A stretch of DNA of 64,000 nucleotides, taken from NCBI GenBank assembly GCA_034780895.1, contig JAUZTB010000107.1, positions 71,082,470-71,146,469 on the forward strand, read 5' to 3'. The notes below the pieces were generated by a model that saw only the letters and a list, made by a program, of their open reading frames with translations, was not told the DNA's origin and searched no databases. Of the stretch, positions 37,008 to 48,430 are shown in pieces. The DNA comes from Rhynchobatus australiae (taxonomy: Eukaryota). The translations under genes and the position numbers were made by a program. Position 1 is the first letter of the stretch, and every line of letters starts with the position of its first letter.

Positions 37008-37985
37008 NNNNNNNNNNNNNNNNNNNNNNNNNNNNNNNNNNNNNNNNNNNNNNNNNNNNNNNNNNNNNNNNNNNNNNNNNNNNNNNNNNNNNNNNNNNNN
37101 NNNNNNNNNNNNNNNNNNNNNNNNNNNNNNNNNNNNNNNNNNNNNNNNNNNNNNNNNNNNNNNNNNNNNNNNNNNNNNNNNNNNNNNNNNNNNNNNNNNN
37201 NNNNNNNNNNNNNNNNNNNNNNNNNNNNNNNNNNNNNNNNNNNNNNNNNNNNNNNNNNNNNNNNNNNNNNNNNNNNNNNNNNNNNNNNNNNNNNNNNNNN
37301 NNNNNNNNNNNNNNNNNNNNNNNNNNNNNNNNNNNNNNNNNNNNNNNNNNNNNNNNNNNNNNNNNNNNNNNNNNNNNNNNNNNGATGTGTTGCAATGAAC
37401 GCGACTAAAACCATGCCACTACAATATTTAAATCTATGTTTTGTATAAGTAGACCATTCCGCCCCGGTTACGTGAAATAAAAGTTGATTTCAGTGCATTT
37501 ATAATCTGAGCTTCCGCAGCCTGAGTTTGTATAAAACTACAAGTCAGGGAGGGACTGATCATATTGAATTTTTTTCATGTACTCTAATAGGAAAACTGTT
37601 AAAAGTAACCAAACTTCGGACATCTGAAATCAACAAAGTAGATTTATTTCTGTTAGTTTTCACAGTTTGTCTCCATCAACACGAACGTGGCTTAGTCCGT
37701 GTCAAACACCAACGAACTGCTCAATTATATTATAATCTACTTACTGGATATACTGAACATGATACTTGGAGAAGTACGTTTTACAGCTATCAGAAACTTC
37801 AAAAGGGCATTCACTAAATAGGCCTGTACAGTTGCAGTCACATTAAAAACTATTATTGGGAAAGTATAATGTTTTGCCGTTGCCTCGCACAGAAAATTCT
37901 CCGTGGACGCGCGTAAACGGCTTCTTTTCTCTTTCGTAGTAGGAAGCTAAAGGGCACTCGATCAGTTAAAGCATGTGGAGCTCAC

Positions 37986-38073
37986 CTTCCAGTGGGAATC
38001 CGCTGCTGCGAGAGTAATTCTGTCCCGGGGCTGGCCGCATCATTCTTGGGACGGGTCCAGCCAACGTGCTCAT
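37986..38073 (-). CDS. pax3: Pax3/7-family paired-box gene, coding exon 1 ([29 protein letters not shown], phase 1)
   Basis: Manual translation matches the PAX3/PAX7 N-terminus ([28 protein letters not shown]). ATG at 38073-38071; GTGAG donor at 37985-37981. The symbol is tentative (Pax3-like, orthology unresolved). Confidence 0.93.
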
Positions 38074-38400
38074 TTTTTGGACACGTTCAGTCCCAGATTT
38101 TCAGTGGGTTGTCGAAGGAGAAGGAGATATATATATATATTTTAAAAATAAAAATAATGGCCACTTTTAGGTAAATCCACTCAGGCCAGTCGACTTCAGA
38201 AAAGCTAAGCTGCAGTTTCAGTTGTTCTCAGCAGATGTGATATCCCCAAGTAATTAACCGGCGATCTCAATAAAGTTGACTGAGTTTTTGTTGTTGAAGT
38301 TTCTGAAGTTCGTGTTGATGGTGGTTCGCGCGTTGCTCTGTTACGTGTGACAGGTACAACTGTGGTCCAGGGGCTAAGAGTTGTTGTGGTCACAGCCAGG
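38074..38400 (-). other. Putative 5' UTR of the Pax3/7 gene, containing a short (TA)n
   Basis: No minus-strand ATG between 38074 and ~38450; lies between the CCAAT boxes and the start codon. The TSS is inferred. Confidence 0.55.
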
Positions 38401-38620
38401 AGTCGATGGGACGGTGACCTGGAGAATTTATCAGTTCTTCCACCCCTGGCTCCATCGAGACCCCTGCCTTCTGATTGGTGAATAAGCGAGATTCTTCTCT
38501 ATGGAAACGTGTGCTTTGATTGGCCAATCCCTGCAATCTTCCTTTCCCATCACTGGAAATATGATTTTTAAATAAAAAGCGAACGTGCGGCTGCGGCAAG
38601 AATAGAAACCCGTCCTGAAG
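38400..38620 (-). promoter_or_regulatory. Core promoter: CCAAT box (ATTGG 38474-38478), palindromic double CCAAT GATTGGCCAATC (38518-38529), TATA-like GATAAAT ~38425-38431
   Basis: Motifs read directly; located ~350-450 nt upstream of the ATG in CpG-rich sequence. Confidence 0.6.
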
Positions 38621-38869
38621 CCTTTCTAACACACGGCAGCTTTCACTGGCTTATCTATCGTATATCTAAACATACGCAGCATTTTGTTTTAGAGTAGATT
38701 GCCTGCAGGGCAAAAGCCTAAGTTTCAAGTCAAATGAAGGCGGTCTCTGAAAACAGGGCTACANNNNNNNNNNNNNNNNNNNNNNNNNNNNNNNNNNNNN
38801 NNNNNNNNNNNNNNNNNNNNNNNNNNNNNNNNNNNNNNNNNNNNNNNNNNNNNNNNNNNNNNNAGGGCT

Positions 38870-40200
38870 ACATTCTTTGACACTCTGAATTATTATCAGT
38901 AATACAATTCACCAGCAATTAGCAGCTGTCCCTCTAAAATCAATCCCTGGCAAAATTGTGTTTGGAGTTATTAATTTGAGGGACAGTCCACAGGAGTTCT
39001 GGAAAACAAATGCCTCTCAGGTAATAACCAAAGCACAGTGATGATACTGACGAATCCAGCCTTTGCATTTTCTGGGGTATGTGTATGTATACATGTAGTA
39101 TTAAGAATCAAGGAAGAACCAGAAAAAAGAGAAAGAAATGGTCTGGCTGGGAGCTGAAGCGCCACAGCAGGATATGACGCCAGGACTGTTGTAAAGCCCG
39201 TCTGTCCTCAGAGAAGGTACCATTGTCTGAGTCCTCTATTTATAACTTGCTAACTGCCGGTAAACTCATCCTTTACACTCTGATCTTCAAGCACAGCCAT
39301 CCGAGTGGGCTTTATTTGGAAGTGGCTATTCAAAAAACCCTGTCAGTCTGGCGCGGAACTTTATTCAAAGCCTTAATCAATCAAACGATGAGATAGTTAA
39401 GACTGGGCTTTGTTTGAAAGGCGGTTCCAAAAGAGAAACAACCTCCTTTTGGCAAAAAGTCATCGCTTTCACTTACTGATTCTTAATCTCAACAATTGTT
39501 CTCTTATACCAGAACAGAATGATTATCCAGTGACGTAACAAAAAGAAAGATTAAACTGACTCAGTCGCTATTATATTAATTCCCCCTTTTAAGTTGTTTA
39601 AAAATAGCACTTAAACAGCATCATCCCATTTCCAGTGACCATCCTGCCCAGCGCCAGAATTAGCCCACGTTTCTGAAAAAGAAAGATTTTATATTTATAT
39701 TTTATATCCTCTTTGGGGGGGGGGGTATAGACTTTGTTCTCTTCCTAATGCAATTTATGGTTACTCTAATGGGTTTATATATTTACGCACAGTGCTTAGT
39801 TCTACCTTTTCAATCATTTTAAAACTATATATTTTACTGCACAAATGTTTAAGGCGCAGCGTCTAGTTAAATTGTGGATCAGTTTATGCAAATAGCCAAG
39901 GGAGGAAAATTGCCTTCGTTAGGGATGGGACGATTATCACAGGTAATGAAAGTGTTAATTTTAACGAATTGAGTAAAGTAGGTCGAAAAGCTTACGGATA
40001 ACAGGAGAAATTGGTACTGTTATTGAAGTTGCCAAGAGAAGTGCGAATTACATATATACATATAAGGATAATTGAATGTGACTCAATAATTAAAGCGATC
40101 TTCCAGGCCAGGTGCACTTTAATTGGATCGGGATTTAGAGTGAATACGGCCGGTGCCAGCGAATTAGACAAATCAAGCATATACGGTAAAGGTAGATTTT
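38870..40200. promoter_or_regulatory. Candidate proximal upstream enhancers (Pbx/Hox TGATTGAT 39376-39383 on minus strand; TTCAAAG and TTTAT; TAATT clusters 38885-38950 and 40065-40170)
   Basis: Motif clusters in repeat-free sequence; position analogous to the proximal neural-crest elements of mouse Pax3. Confidence 0.4.
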
Positions 40201-42779
40201 GAAATACGTGCATTTTACTTCACCAAGGAGGGCTCTTGTGTGTTTGTAGCGTCAGATTTTTGCAAACTAAAATATTTTCACAAAGGCTTTTAAGGAATAT
40301 TCTTAAACATAAATAATTGGAACTTTAAAATTATACGTTCAATAACATTTCCTTTCACTTGTTTATATGTTATGTGAAATAGGTTGTGCTTTGGTGAGAG
40401 CAAGTTCGCAATTAAAATACATTTTTTCGGTAAAAAAAAGTTTGCCCGTTTCTAAAAGTGTTAACGGGGATACAATTAAATCATTACAGGTGCAGTATCC
40501 ATCTCTTCTAAATTAGGATGATGGCACCCATAACGGTAATATTAATGTTAACCCTTGTACAGTCCTTTACATTTCAGTATTTTATCCTTCAGTTAAAATA
40601 ACAAATAATAATATTATAGATAGACTTTGCGTATCATGCCTTTTAACTCACAGGAATAACATTTTCAACTACTAAATTACTTGATTTATAATCATCTGAA
40701 TCTTTGCATTCAGATTGTACTTTTTGTGAAATATTTACAAATCTGATTGTGTTGTTTTCAGCGGATACAGCATTTGTCGCAGCTTGCCCATTAACAATCG
40801 ATTTGGAACATAATTATAATTATTCGCTGTTTATCGGGTTGTTCAAACTACAGTTCTGCAAAACTCTGTTAGTCATATTGTTTTGTTGAATTGTTTTCTT
40901 GCAATCTCATCTAAAATACTTAAAAACATTAAGTAAGTAAATAATGAAAGTAAATTTACTAAACATAAATTCACAGGTGCTGCTGCATTATTATTTCCAA
41001 TGAATATATGTTAACAGAAATAATAGCATTTAAATAATAATCATTTTCAGAATTATGAAATTGGCATAGTAAAACATTAATAAATTGTATTAAAAGTCCA
41101 AATTATATACTTCAGTTAAAGTAATAATTAATAACAATATTGTAGATGATCTAGGTATATCATACTGCTTAAGGCACGTGCTTAACTTTTTCAGTTAGCG
41201 ATTTATTTGATTTATAATAAAAGATGAATATCCTATTATAATTCAGAAATGTTATTACAATAACGACCCTATGTGTTCCAATAATGTTTTCACATGATAC
41301 GTGCTTTCTTTCACCATGTTTTATATTAATAATTTCCCCACAGTAACAGCCAGCCAAGTGCCTTTCTTCCTTCATTAGATTTCAAACTCCATCCGATCGT
41401 TTTGATCGGTCTTTTATTCTGCTTGGAAAGGCGTGGAATGAACACTGCTTTACCTGATGATGAAAACATCCTGACTGTTCTATTTCCCTCTGAGCAGCTA
41501 AATGACATCTTTTCAATCATACGAATATTCAGGTATGTTGCACTTGATTGGACGTCCAGGACTCCGAGGTTATATTCAAAATAAATTACTATAGTTTTGG
41601 CACTCAATAAGGTGAGGAATTTTTGTGCCGGTGGAAAGAAATCTATCCATTTTAGAGAGCCACTCGTCAGCAACAATCACTCCGAGAACACAAAGCACGG
41701 CTGGATGCAAAGGAAAAATCTCTCCATGCTTCTTTAAGAACGTATTTCAGCCTTTTCCTTTGTAAAGCACCAGGATGATTTTGTTTTCCTTTCTCTCTCT
41801 TTGAGATCACTAATTAATGTTAACAGATGGAAAGTGTTGTGTCAAGTTACAGTGCCTATTATGCTCTTTCAGAACTGGATTAAGATCCCTTACAACCAGA
41901 AGACAGTGTGCATTAGATTTGAACTCGGATTCCATTAATGTAAGGTCAATATCTATCCCAGTGATCCATACAGTACACCATAAAGAGTTTTTGAAACAAG
42001 AAGTGTGAGGGTCAATAACAGTTTTTGACAACATTTCTCCATATCTTAAAACGGAATGGAGTAAAGCCTTTGGAGTGAGATAAACAGCGAAAATAAAGCA
42101 TAAAGCAAGAAAGTATCATTTAGTTCATTGTGCCTTTAATTTCTACAGACTTTAAACAATTCTGTCAGAATTTCTAGCCACCTCACTTAAACTTTTGAGG
42201 AAGAAATCTGTAAAGGTGATCACCACTCCACACAGTCCCTCAAAGAGGGACTCTTTAAAAGTTAACTTTTAAGGTTTAATAGCAAAGGAAACAGTGTGGA
42301 TATAAAATTAAGAACAATGGGTTCAAAGATAACATAAATACTTCTCCCCCCCCCCACATATGATCATTTGTTAAGTTTTCATTTCCAATTAACATGTAAC
42401 AATTTGACATTTTAAAACTGTATCATCACCAGTTAATTAGCAATTGATGAATTTATTTAAACTATTTGTATCGTTATTTAATTCATAGTCTCCTAAGTAT
42501 TTTCAGATAGGCAATTGAATGAACATACTTCAAAGAAAATATGTGACTGTAGAGTTTGCCAAAATGTGATGCACATGGTCAGTTGTAATTTCAACAGATA
42601 AGCTGTGAATAACTATCACTTTTAAATTAAGTAATTGTTAATGGATTAACATTAATAATGGAAAACATGTGTTAAATGAAAATAAAGCTATTTGTAAGTA
42701 TTTCACTTGTAAGTACTTCTTTATTATTGGTTACCATGATTTCAGCTACATAAGCGCTAAACTCTAGAATTCATAACCT

Positions 42780-42960
42780 AAAGACACTACCTCCACCTTC
42801 TCATTTAAGACTCTTCTTAAAACCTGCATCTTTGACCAAGATTTTGACAATCTATCTTAATATATCCTATTATGACTTGGTATCAAATTTTGTTTAGTAG
42901 TGCTCATGTAAAGCAACTTTGCATGTTTTTATTTTGCCATCAATGCTGAGCCATGTTGTT
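42780..42960 (+). mobile_element. L2-type LINE 3' end
   Basis: tttaagactcttcttaaaacctgcatctttgaccaag…gtaaagc resembles L2 3' ends. Confidence 0.5.
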
Positions 42961-43910
42961 ATCACCATAATTCAAAATTCCATTATTTTAACAAAACTCA
43001 TTAATCTGTTTCTGTTAAATGCCTTCATACTTTTAACATTGTGGTCAAAGTAATTTAATATAAAATCTAATAAACTGTACTGCACAGCAAGATTTATAAG
43101 CATTTATCACTATATGGGCATTCCTCACACATAAGAAGGATAACAAATGAGCAAGAATGTAATAAAATATGGATTAGAATTTCAATTCAGCATAAAGTGC
43201 AAAATTAATGTTTAGTTTTACTGAAAAAATATTATTAGAGAAACTTTCACATAACAAGTTAAACCATTGGTAATAACTAAATGTAGGATGCTGCTGGATT
43301 GGGGGATTTTGAAGACAGATACGGTATAACATAGAGCCAGAAAGATATTGCTCCATGATTCAGACTTTTGAGTCTGTTTAATTATCATATAATTGAAATC
43401 AAATTATAGACATGCTTATACAATCAAAGAAACCAATTTAAATCACACTAAATGATTTCCATTATTAAGAGCAATTTTGGAAACATTAACAGGAATTGTA
43501 TTTACCATTGCATCAAGGAGAAAATATTTGTCTCAATTTCATTATCAAATTCTGCTTTTGTTATGGAATAAGAAATTGGATATTTTCACCATAGGAATCA
43601 CACTATCATGGAATTTCAACATTGTGAACAATATGACTAACTGAAGTGGTAGCTTTATTTTAACATTTTATGTTTGAATGGATTATCCACATCAACTCTG
43701 TCTTTCTCCTGTGAGAAAAGTACTGCCATTACAGCCTAAAGACCCATAACAATTTAAATTTTTAAGCCTGCCCAATCAGCTGTGAACCAGTGAACTCACA
43801 TAACATTACTTTGAGGATTAGATTGAAACCAGGGTTATACTGATGAAAGCTCCAAGTTTGTTGGCATCAAAGTTAATAAAAAAGGATAAAGTGCCCAAAA
43901 TCCCAATTAC

Positions 43911-43927
43911 TGCCAGCAGATGGCACA
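43911..43927 (+). promoter_or_regulatory. CTCF motif (TGCCAGCAGATGGCACA)
   Basis: Close match to the CTCF core CCASYAGRKGGC. Confidence 0.45.
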
Positions 43928-44644
43928 TGTGTAGTGGGAAACTTTTTTCATGCGTTCTCATCTTTGCTATCAAATAGAGGAATCCAAGTCAATGTTCTTT
44001 ACAAATCCAGGGAATCAGGGGTAAGTGAAATGCTCTTACTACTGATACAACTTAGACCAATACGATTCTGAAGAAACAAATTCATTTATTCATTCTGCAC
44101 CACCCCCCCATGCCCAATCTCAATTCTCCAAAAAATTCAAGGAAGAAATATTCTTTGCTGTAGGTTTTCTTGGTCTCGAAACAGTTTCAGGTTTAAAGCA
44201 ATCCATTGTGAATCAGATCGTGCCTAATTTGTATGGAAATTATTCCCACTGCCAAAATTGTGGAGACAATTTTATAGTTTTTCCAGGCAGACACTTGAAC
44301 TGAACACAGGACTCCTTCTGCATGCAAATTAAGGAACTAAGACTTTTTCCATTAATATATTAGCAGGCAATGACTCACTCAGGATTCAGCTCAAATTAGG
44401 TTTGCCTCACTTAGGATTCTTCAATAGCCAGTTCCAGAAAGTGTAGTTGCAGGGAATGAAGCCATTCCCGAATGGCCCATACAGACACCTTATCCTAGTA
44501 CTTACCTGAACGATTCACTGATGAAGTGAGTGGCCTAGCACTGACATCTTTCCTTCCCTGAGCTGCCCATAGTACTCTACCAGGATCATATTACACCAAA
44601 TCTATTGATGAAAATCAAGGACTGACTTCTATCAATCCCTGTAA

Positions 44645-44980
44645 TATAGTTATACAGCATGGAAATTGGCCGTTTGGACCACCAAGTCTATGCTAACCAT
44701 TAAGCACCCATTTACGCTAATTCTACTGTAATCCCACTCTATTCTCTCCACATTCCCATCAAATCCCAGATGCTACATTCATCTGCGCACTAAGGATACT
44801 TTACAAAGGGCAATTAACCTACCATCCCACGTATCTTTGGGAAATGGGAAGAAATCAGAACACCCAGAGGAAATTCATGCAGTTACAAGGAGAATATGCA
44901 AACTCCACACAGACAACACCAGAGTTCAGGACTGAACCCGGTCACTGGTGCTGCGGGGCAACAGTTATGTCACCGTGCTG
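44645..44980 (-). mobile_element. V-SINE (HE1-like)
   Basis: atgcaaactccacacagacaacacc…gaacccgggtcactgg, plus CR1-like tail. Confidence 0.8.
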
Positions 44981-45559
44981 TCTAGAAGGCCCATGTGTCA
45001 ATGGGCCTCTGAATTTCTGCATACACTGCTTGAAAAACACCACCTAACTGCCCCACTAATTTCTAAGCCCACATTTCTATGTGTTTTTCTTTTGCATTTG
45101 TTGTTATATTTAGTAGTATTTTGATGCATAACTGTTTTATATCAATGAAAGTCCAGTGGAGCAAAGTGTAAAAGTGGTACTCTTTGCTTTTATAAATGTT
45201 CCTATCAGTCAATAATCTCTTATTTCATCATTGCTAAAGAGTAAGAAAATGCAGCATATATTAAGGATTGTCGACAGTTCAGTATGCAAAGTAATTATTC
45301 TAGATTACTAGTAATGTTATTAGCAATTTCATTTTCTAATAATATAAATTTGTATAAGAGACGAGAATTTTCATTTATGTGGAAAAAACTATCATTCTTT
45401 TTAGTGCAGAAAGGGTTAAATAAGACTCTATAGAGTTGTTCAAAATGGAGGATTTTGATAAGAATAAATAAGGAGAAAATATTTCCAGAAGTACAAGGAT
45501 TGGCAGAGGGCAGAGCTCTGAGCAGCAAGTGGTACATTATAATGAATATCTTAATGGGG

Positions 45560-45930
45560 AAAAAGAGAACTGGAGAGGCAGTAAGATATAGAAAGTGAAT
45601 TCCAGAGCTTGGAGCTTTGGCAACTGAAGACACAGTTGTTGATGGATTGATCAGACTTCCAGATGATTAAAAGACTGAAATTGCAGGAGCACAGATATCT
45701 TGTGAGTCTGTCGGTCTGGAGGAGGTCATGGAGAGAGAGAGGGGCAAGGCCATGGAAAGACTTGATAACAAGGCTGAGAATTTTAAAATCAAGTCATTGG
45801 TAGCTAATGTGGTCACTGAGTACAGGGTGATGGGTTAACTGAACTTGATGCAAGTGAGGATACGGACAGTAGATAACACCAAATATGGAGTAGATAGAAC
45901 AAGAGAAGATGGCCAGTAGATTGTTAGAAT
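45560..45930 (-). mobile_element. Degraded L2/CR1-type LINE fragment (related copy ~55600-56050)
   Basis: Purine-rich text shared with the 55.6-56.0 kb region (gaattttaaaatc/gaattttgagact…aggatac). Confidence 0.45.
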
Positions 45931-46924
45931 TAAAAGGCATAGATGAACACATAATCTGTGCTTGCTCTCTCTTTGTTAAATTGGTAGAAGCTTCTGATCA
46001 GTGACTTTTCTTACTGACTTGTAAATGGAGGGGTTGTGGGTCATTAGCATAAAACATACTTCATTGATGAACAGACTGAAGTATAGGTAACATTTCATTA
46101 TAAGGGATTGCACTCTGGTTTTTAAAGTGCACTGCTGGACCACTGTAGTTGGCTGGTCTGTGGTTTTGAAAATTCTAAAACACTATNNNNNNNNNNNNNN
46201 NNNNNNNNNNNNNNNNNNNNNNNNNNNNNNNNNNNNNNNNNNNNNNNNNNNNNNNNNNNNNNNNNNNNNNNNNNNNNNNNNNNNNNNNNNNNNNNNNNNN
46301 NNNNNNNNNNNNNNNNNNNNNNNNNNNNNNNNNNNNNNNNNNNNNNNNNNNNNNNNNNNNNNNNNNNNNNNNNNNNNNNNNNNNNNNNNNNNNNNNNNNN
46401 NNNNNNNNNNNNNNNNNNNNNNNNNNNNNNNNNNNNNNNNNNNNNNNNNNNNNNNNNNNNNNNNNNNNNNNNNNNNNNNNNNNNNNNNNNNNNNNNNNNN
46501 NNNNNNNNNNNNNNNNNNNNNNNNNNNNNNNNNNNNNNNNNNNNNNNNNNNNNNNNNNNNNNNNNNNNNNNNNNNNNNNNNNNNNNNNNNNNNNNNNNNN
46601 NNNNNNNNNNNNNNNNNNNNNNNNNNNNNNNNNNNNNNNNNNNNNNNNNNNNNNNNNNNNNNNNNNNNNNNNNNNNNNNNNNNNNNNNNNNNNNNNNNNN
46701 NNNNNNNNNNNNNNNNNNNNNNNNNNNNNNNNNNNNNNNNNNNNNNNNNNNNNNNNNNNNNNNNNNNNNNNNNNNNNNNNNNNNNNNNNNNNNNNNNNNN
46801 NNNNNNNNNNNNNNNNNNNNNNNNNNNNNNNNNNNNNNNNNNNNNNNNNNNNNNNNNNNNNNNNNNNNNNNNNNNNNNNNNNNNNNNNNNNNNNNNNNNN
46901 NNNNNNNNNNNNNNNNNNNNNNNN

Positions 46925-47000
46925 TAGTAATTTCTAGGGTAGGGACATGTTCGGCACAGCTTTGTGGGCTGAAGGGCCTGAATTGTGCTGTAGGTTTTCT
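46925..47000 (+). mobile_element. Young CR1 3' tail, near-identical to 55247-55322
   Basis: tagtaatttctagggtagggacatgttc(g/a)gcacagctttgtgggc…gttttcta in both copies. Confidence 0.8.
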
Positions 47001-48430
47001 AAATGGGAAAATGCTGGAATCCACTATTAAAGAAGTAGTAGCAGGACATTTAGGAAATCATAATAAAATTAATTAGGGTCAGTATATTCCCTTATTTTCT
47101 TACTACGAAAAAGGATATTCAGCTCATTAAATCTGTGCCAGCTCTTAGAACTGCCATATCAATCCTATCCTCCCTCTTTTTTCCCTGTAACCTATTCTCT
47201 CTCAATGTCCAACAACTCCCCTTGATTTTCCTACCACCTACCTGCACTGGGGGTAATCTGTTGTATGAAAGGGAAATTGTGTTTTTACAAAGTTATTAGA
47301 TATATTTGAATATTTAACAAACAGGGTGAATAAGGAGGAACCAGTCAAAGGAGTCAACTGGATTTCCGATAAGGTAAAATAAAATATTGTAACACAAGAT
47401 AAGAACTCATGGCATTGGGTGTTACACATAATCACAGATGGAGGAATGTGACTAACAGACTTAATAGGGAAAAGGATAATAAGGATAAGGGATAAATAGG
47501 TCATTTTTCAGGTTGTAACCAGCAGAATGCAACAGAGATCAATGCTGGGCCATCGACTTTTAGGGTTAAGAGGGAAGACTCAGATGAAGGAACAGAAGAT
47601 TGTGGTCAGATTTTCTGATGACACAAAAGATAGGTATTAAAACAAGTAGTAAAGAGAATATAAAGGAGCTCTAAACAGATATAAATGGATTAAGTTAGTG
47701 GGAACCTATTTGACAGGTGGTGTATAATGCGGGTGATTATTAGGTTATTGAGCTCCAGGCATCATCATACATGAAACACAAATGCAGGTACAGTAGGTAA
47801 TCAGAGAGGCAAATGGAATGTTGGCTTTTATTGAAAAAGGAATGGGATGTAAGATTGGGAAGTCTTGTGAACCTACAGGACATTAATGAAACCATTTCTT
47901 GGCTCCTGAGTACAGTTTTGATTTGCTATGTACTTCCACTGGAGGAAGTTCAGAAAAGGTCCATTATACTGATTCCTGGGATGAAGAGATTGCCTTACAA
48001 GGAAATGTAAGCAGGCAGGATGGGCATTAATTCATTGGAGCTTGAAAGATGACAAGTGATCTTATAGAAACATATAGAATTGTGAGGAGACCTGATATGG
48101 GAAATGCAGAGAGAATATTTCTCCTTGTAGACGAATCTAGAATAAGAGATTGCCCATTTTTGACAAAGATGAGGAAGAATTTCTTCTCTCAGGGGATTAT
48201 GAATCTTTGGAGTTGTCTATCCCAAAGAGCTGTGAAGACTGAGTCATTAACTATATATCAAGTCAAGATGGACAGGATTTTGAATGACGTAGAAGTTAAG
48301 AGTTGTACGGTAAAGGCAATAATGTGGAGTTGAAAGCAAAATCATATCAGCCATGATCTTACTGATTGGCAGAGCAGACCTGAGGGACTTTATGACCCCT
48401 GCTCCCATTTCTTGAGTTCTTTTGTTCTTA
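47001..48430 (+). mobile_element. Degraded CR1 ORF2 (RT domain to 3' tail) with a SINE fragment at ~47105-47260
   Basis: FSDDTK-like motif; LEEVQKRSIILIPGMKRLPY; DLIETYRIV…RKNFFSQGIMNLWSCL. Confidence 0.85.

Noticed and set aside
38041-38073. Apparent frameshift in exon 1
   Set aside because: Careful reading gives GGA CCC GTC; the frame is intact (88 nt, phase 1).
38205-38393. Thr-rich 62-aa ORF in the 5' UTR as a uORF
   Set aside because: It has a GTG start, and its composition reflects CA-rich UTR sequence; no positive evidence.
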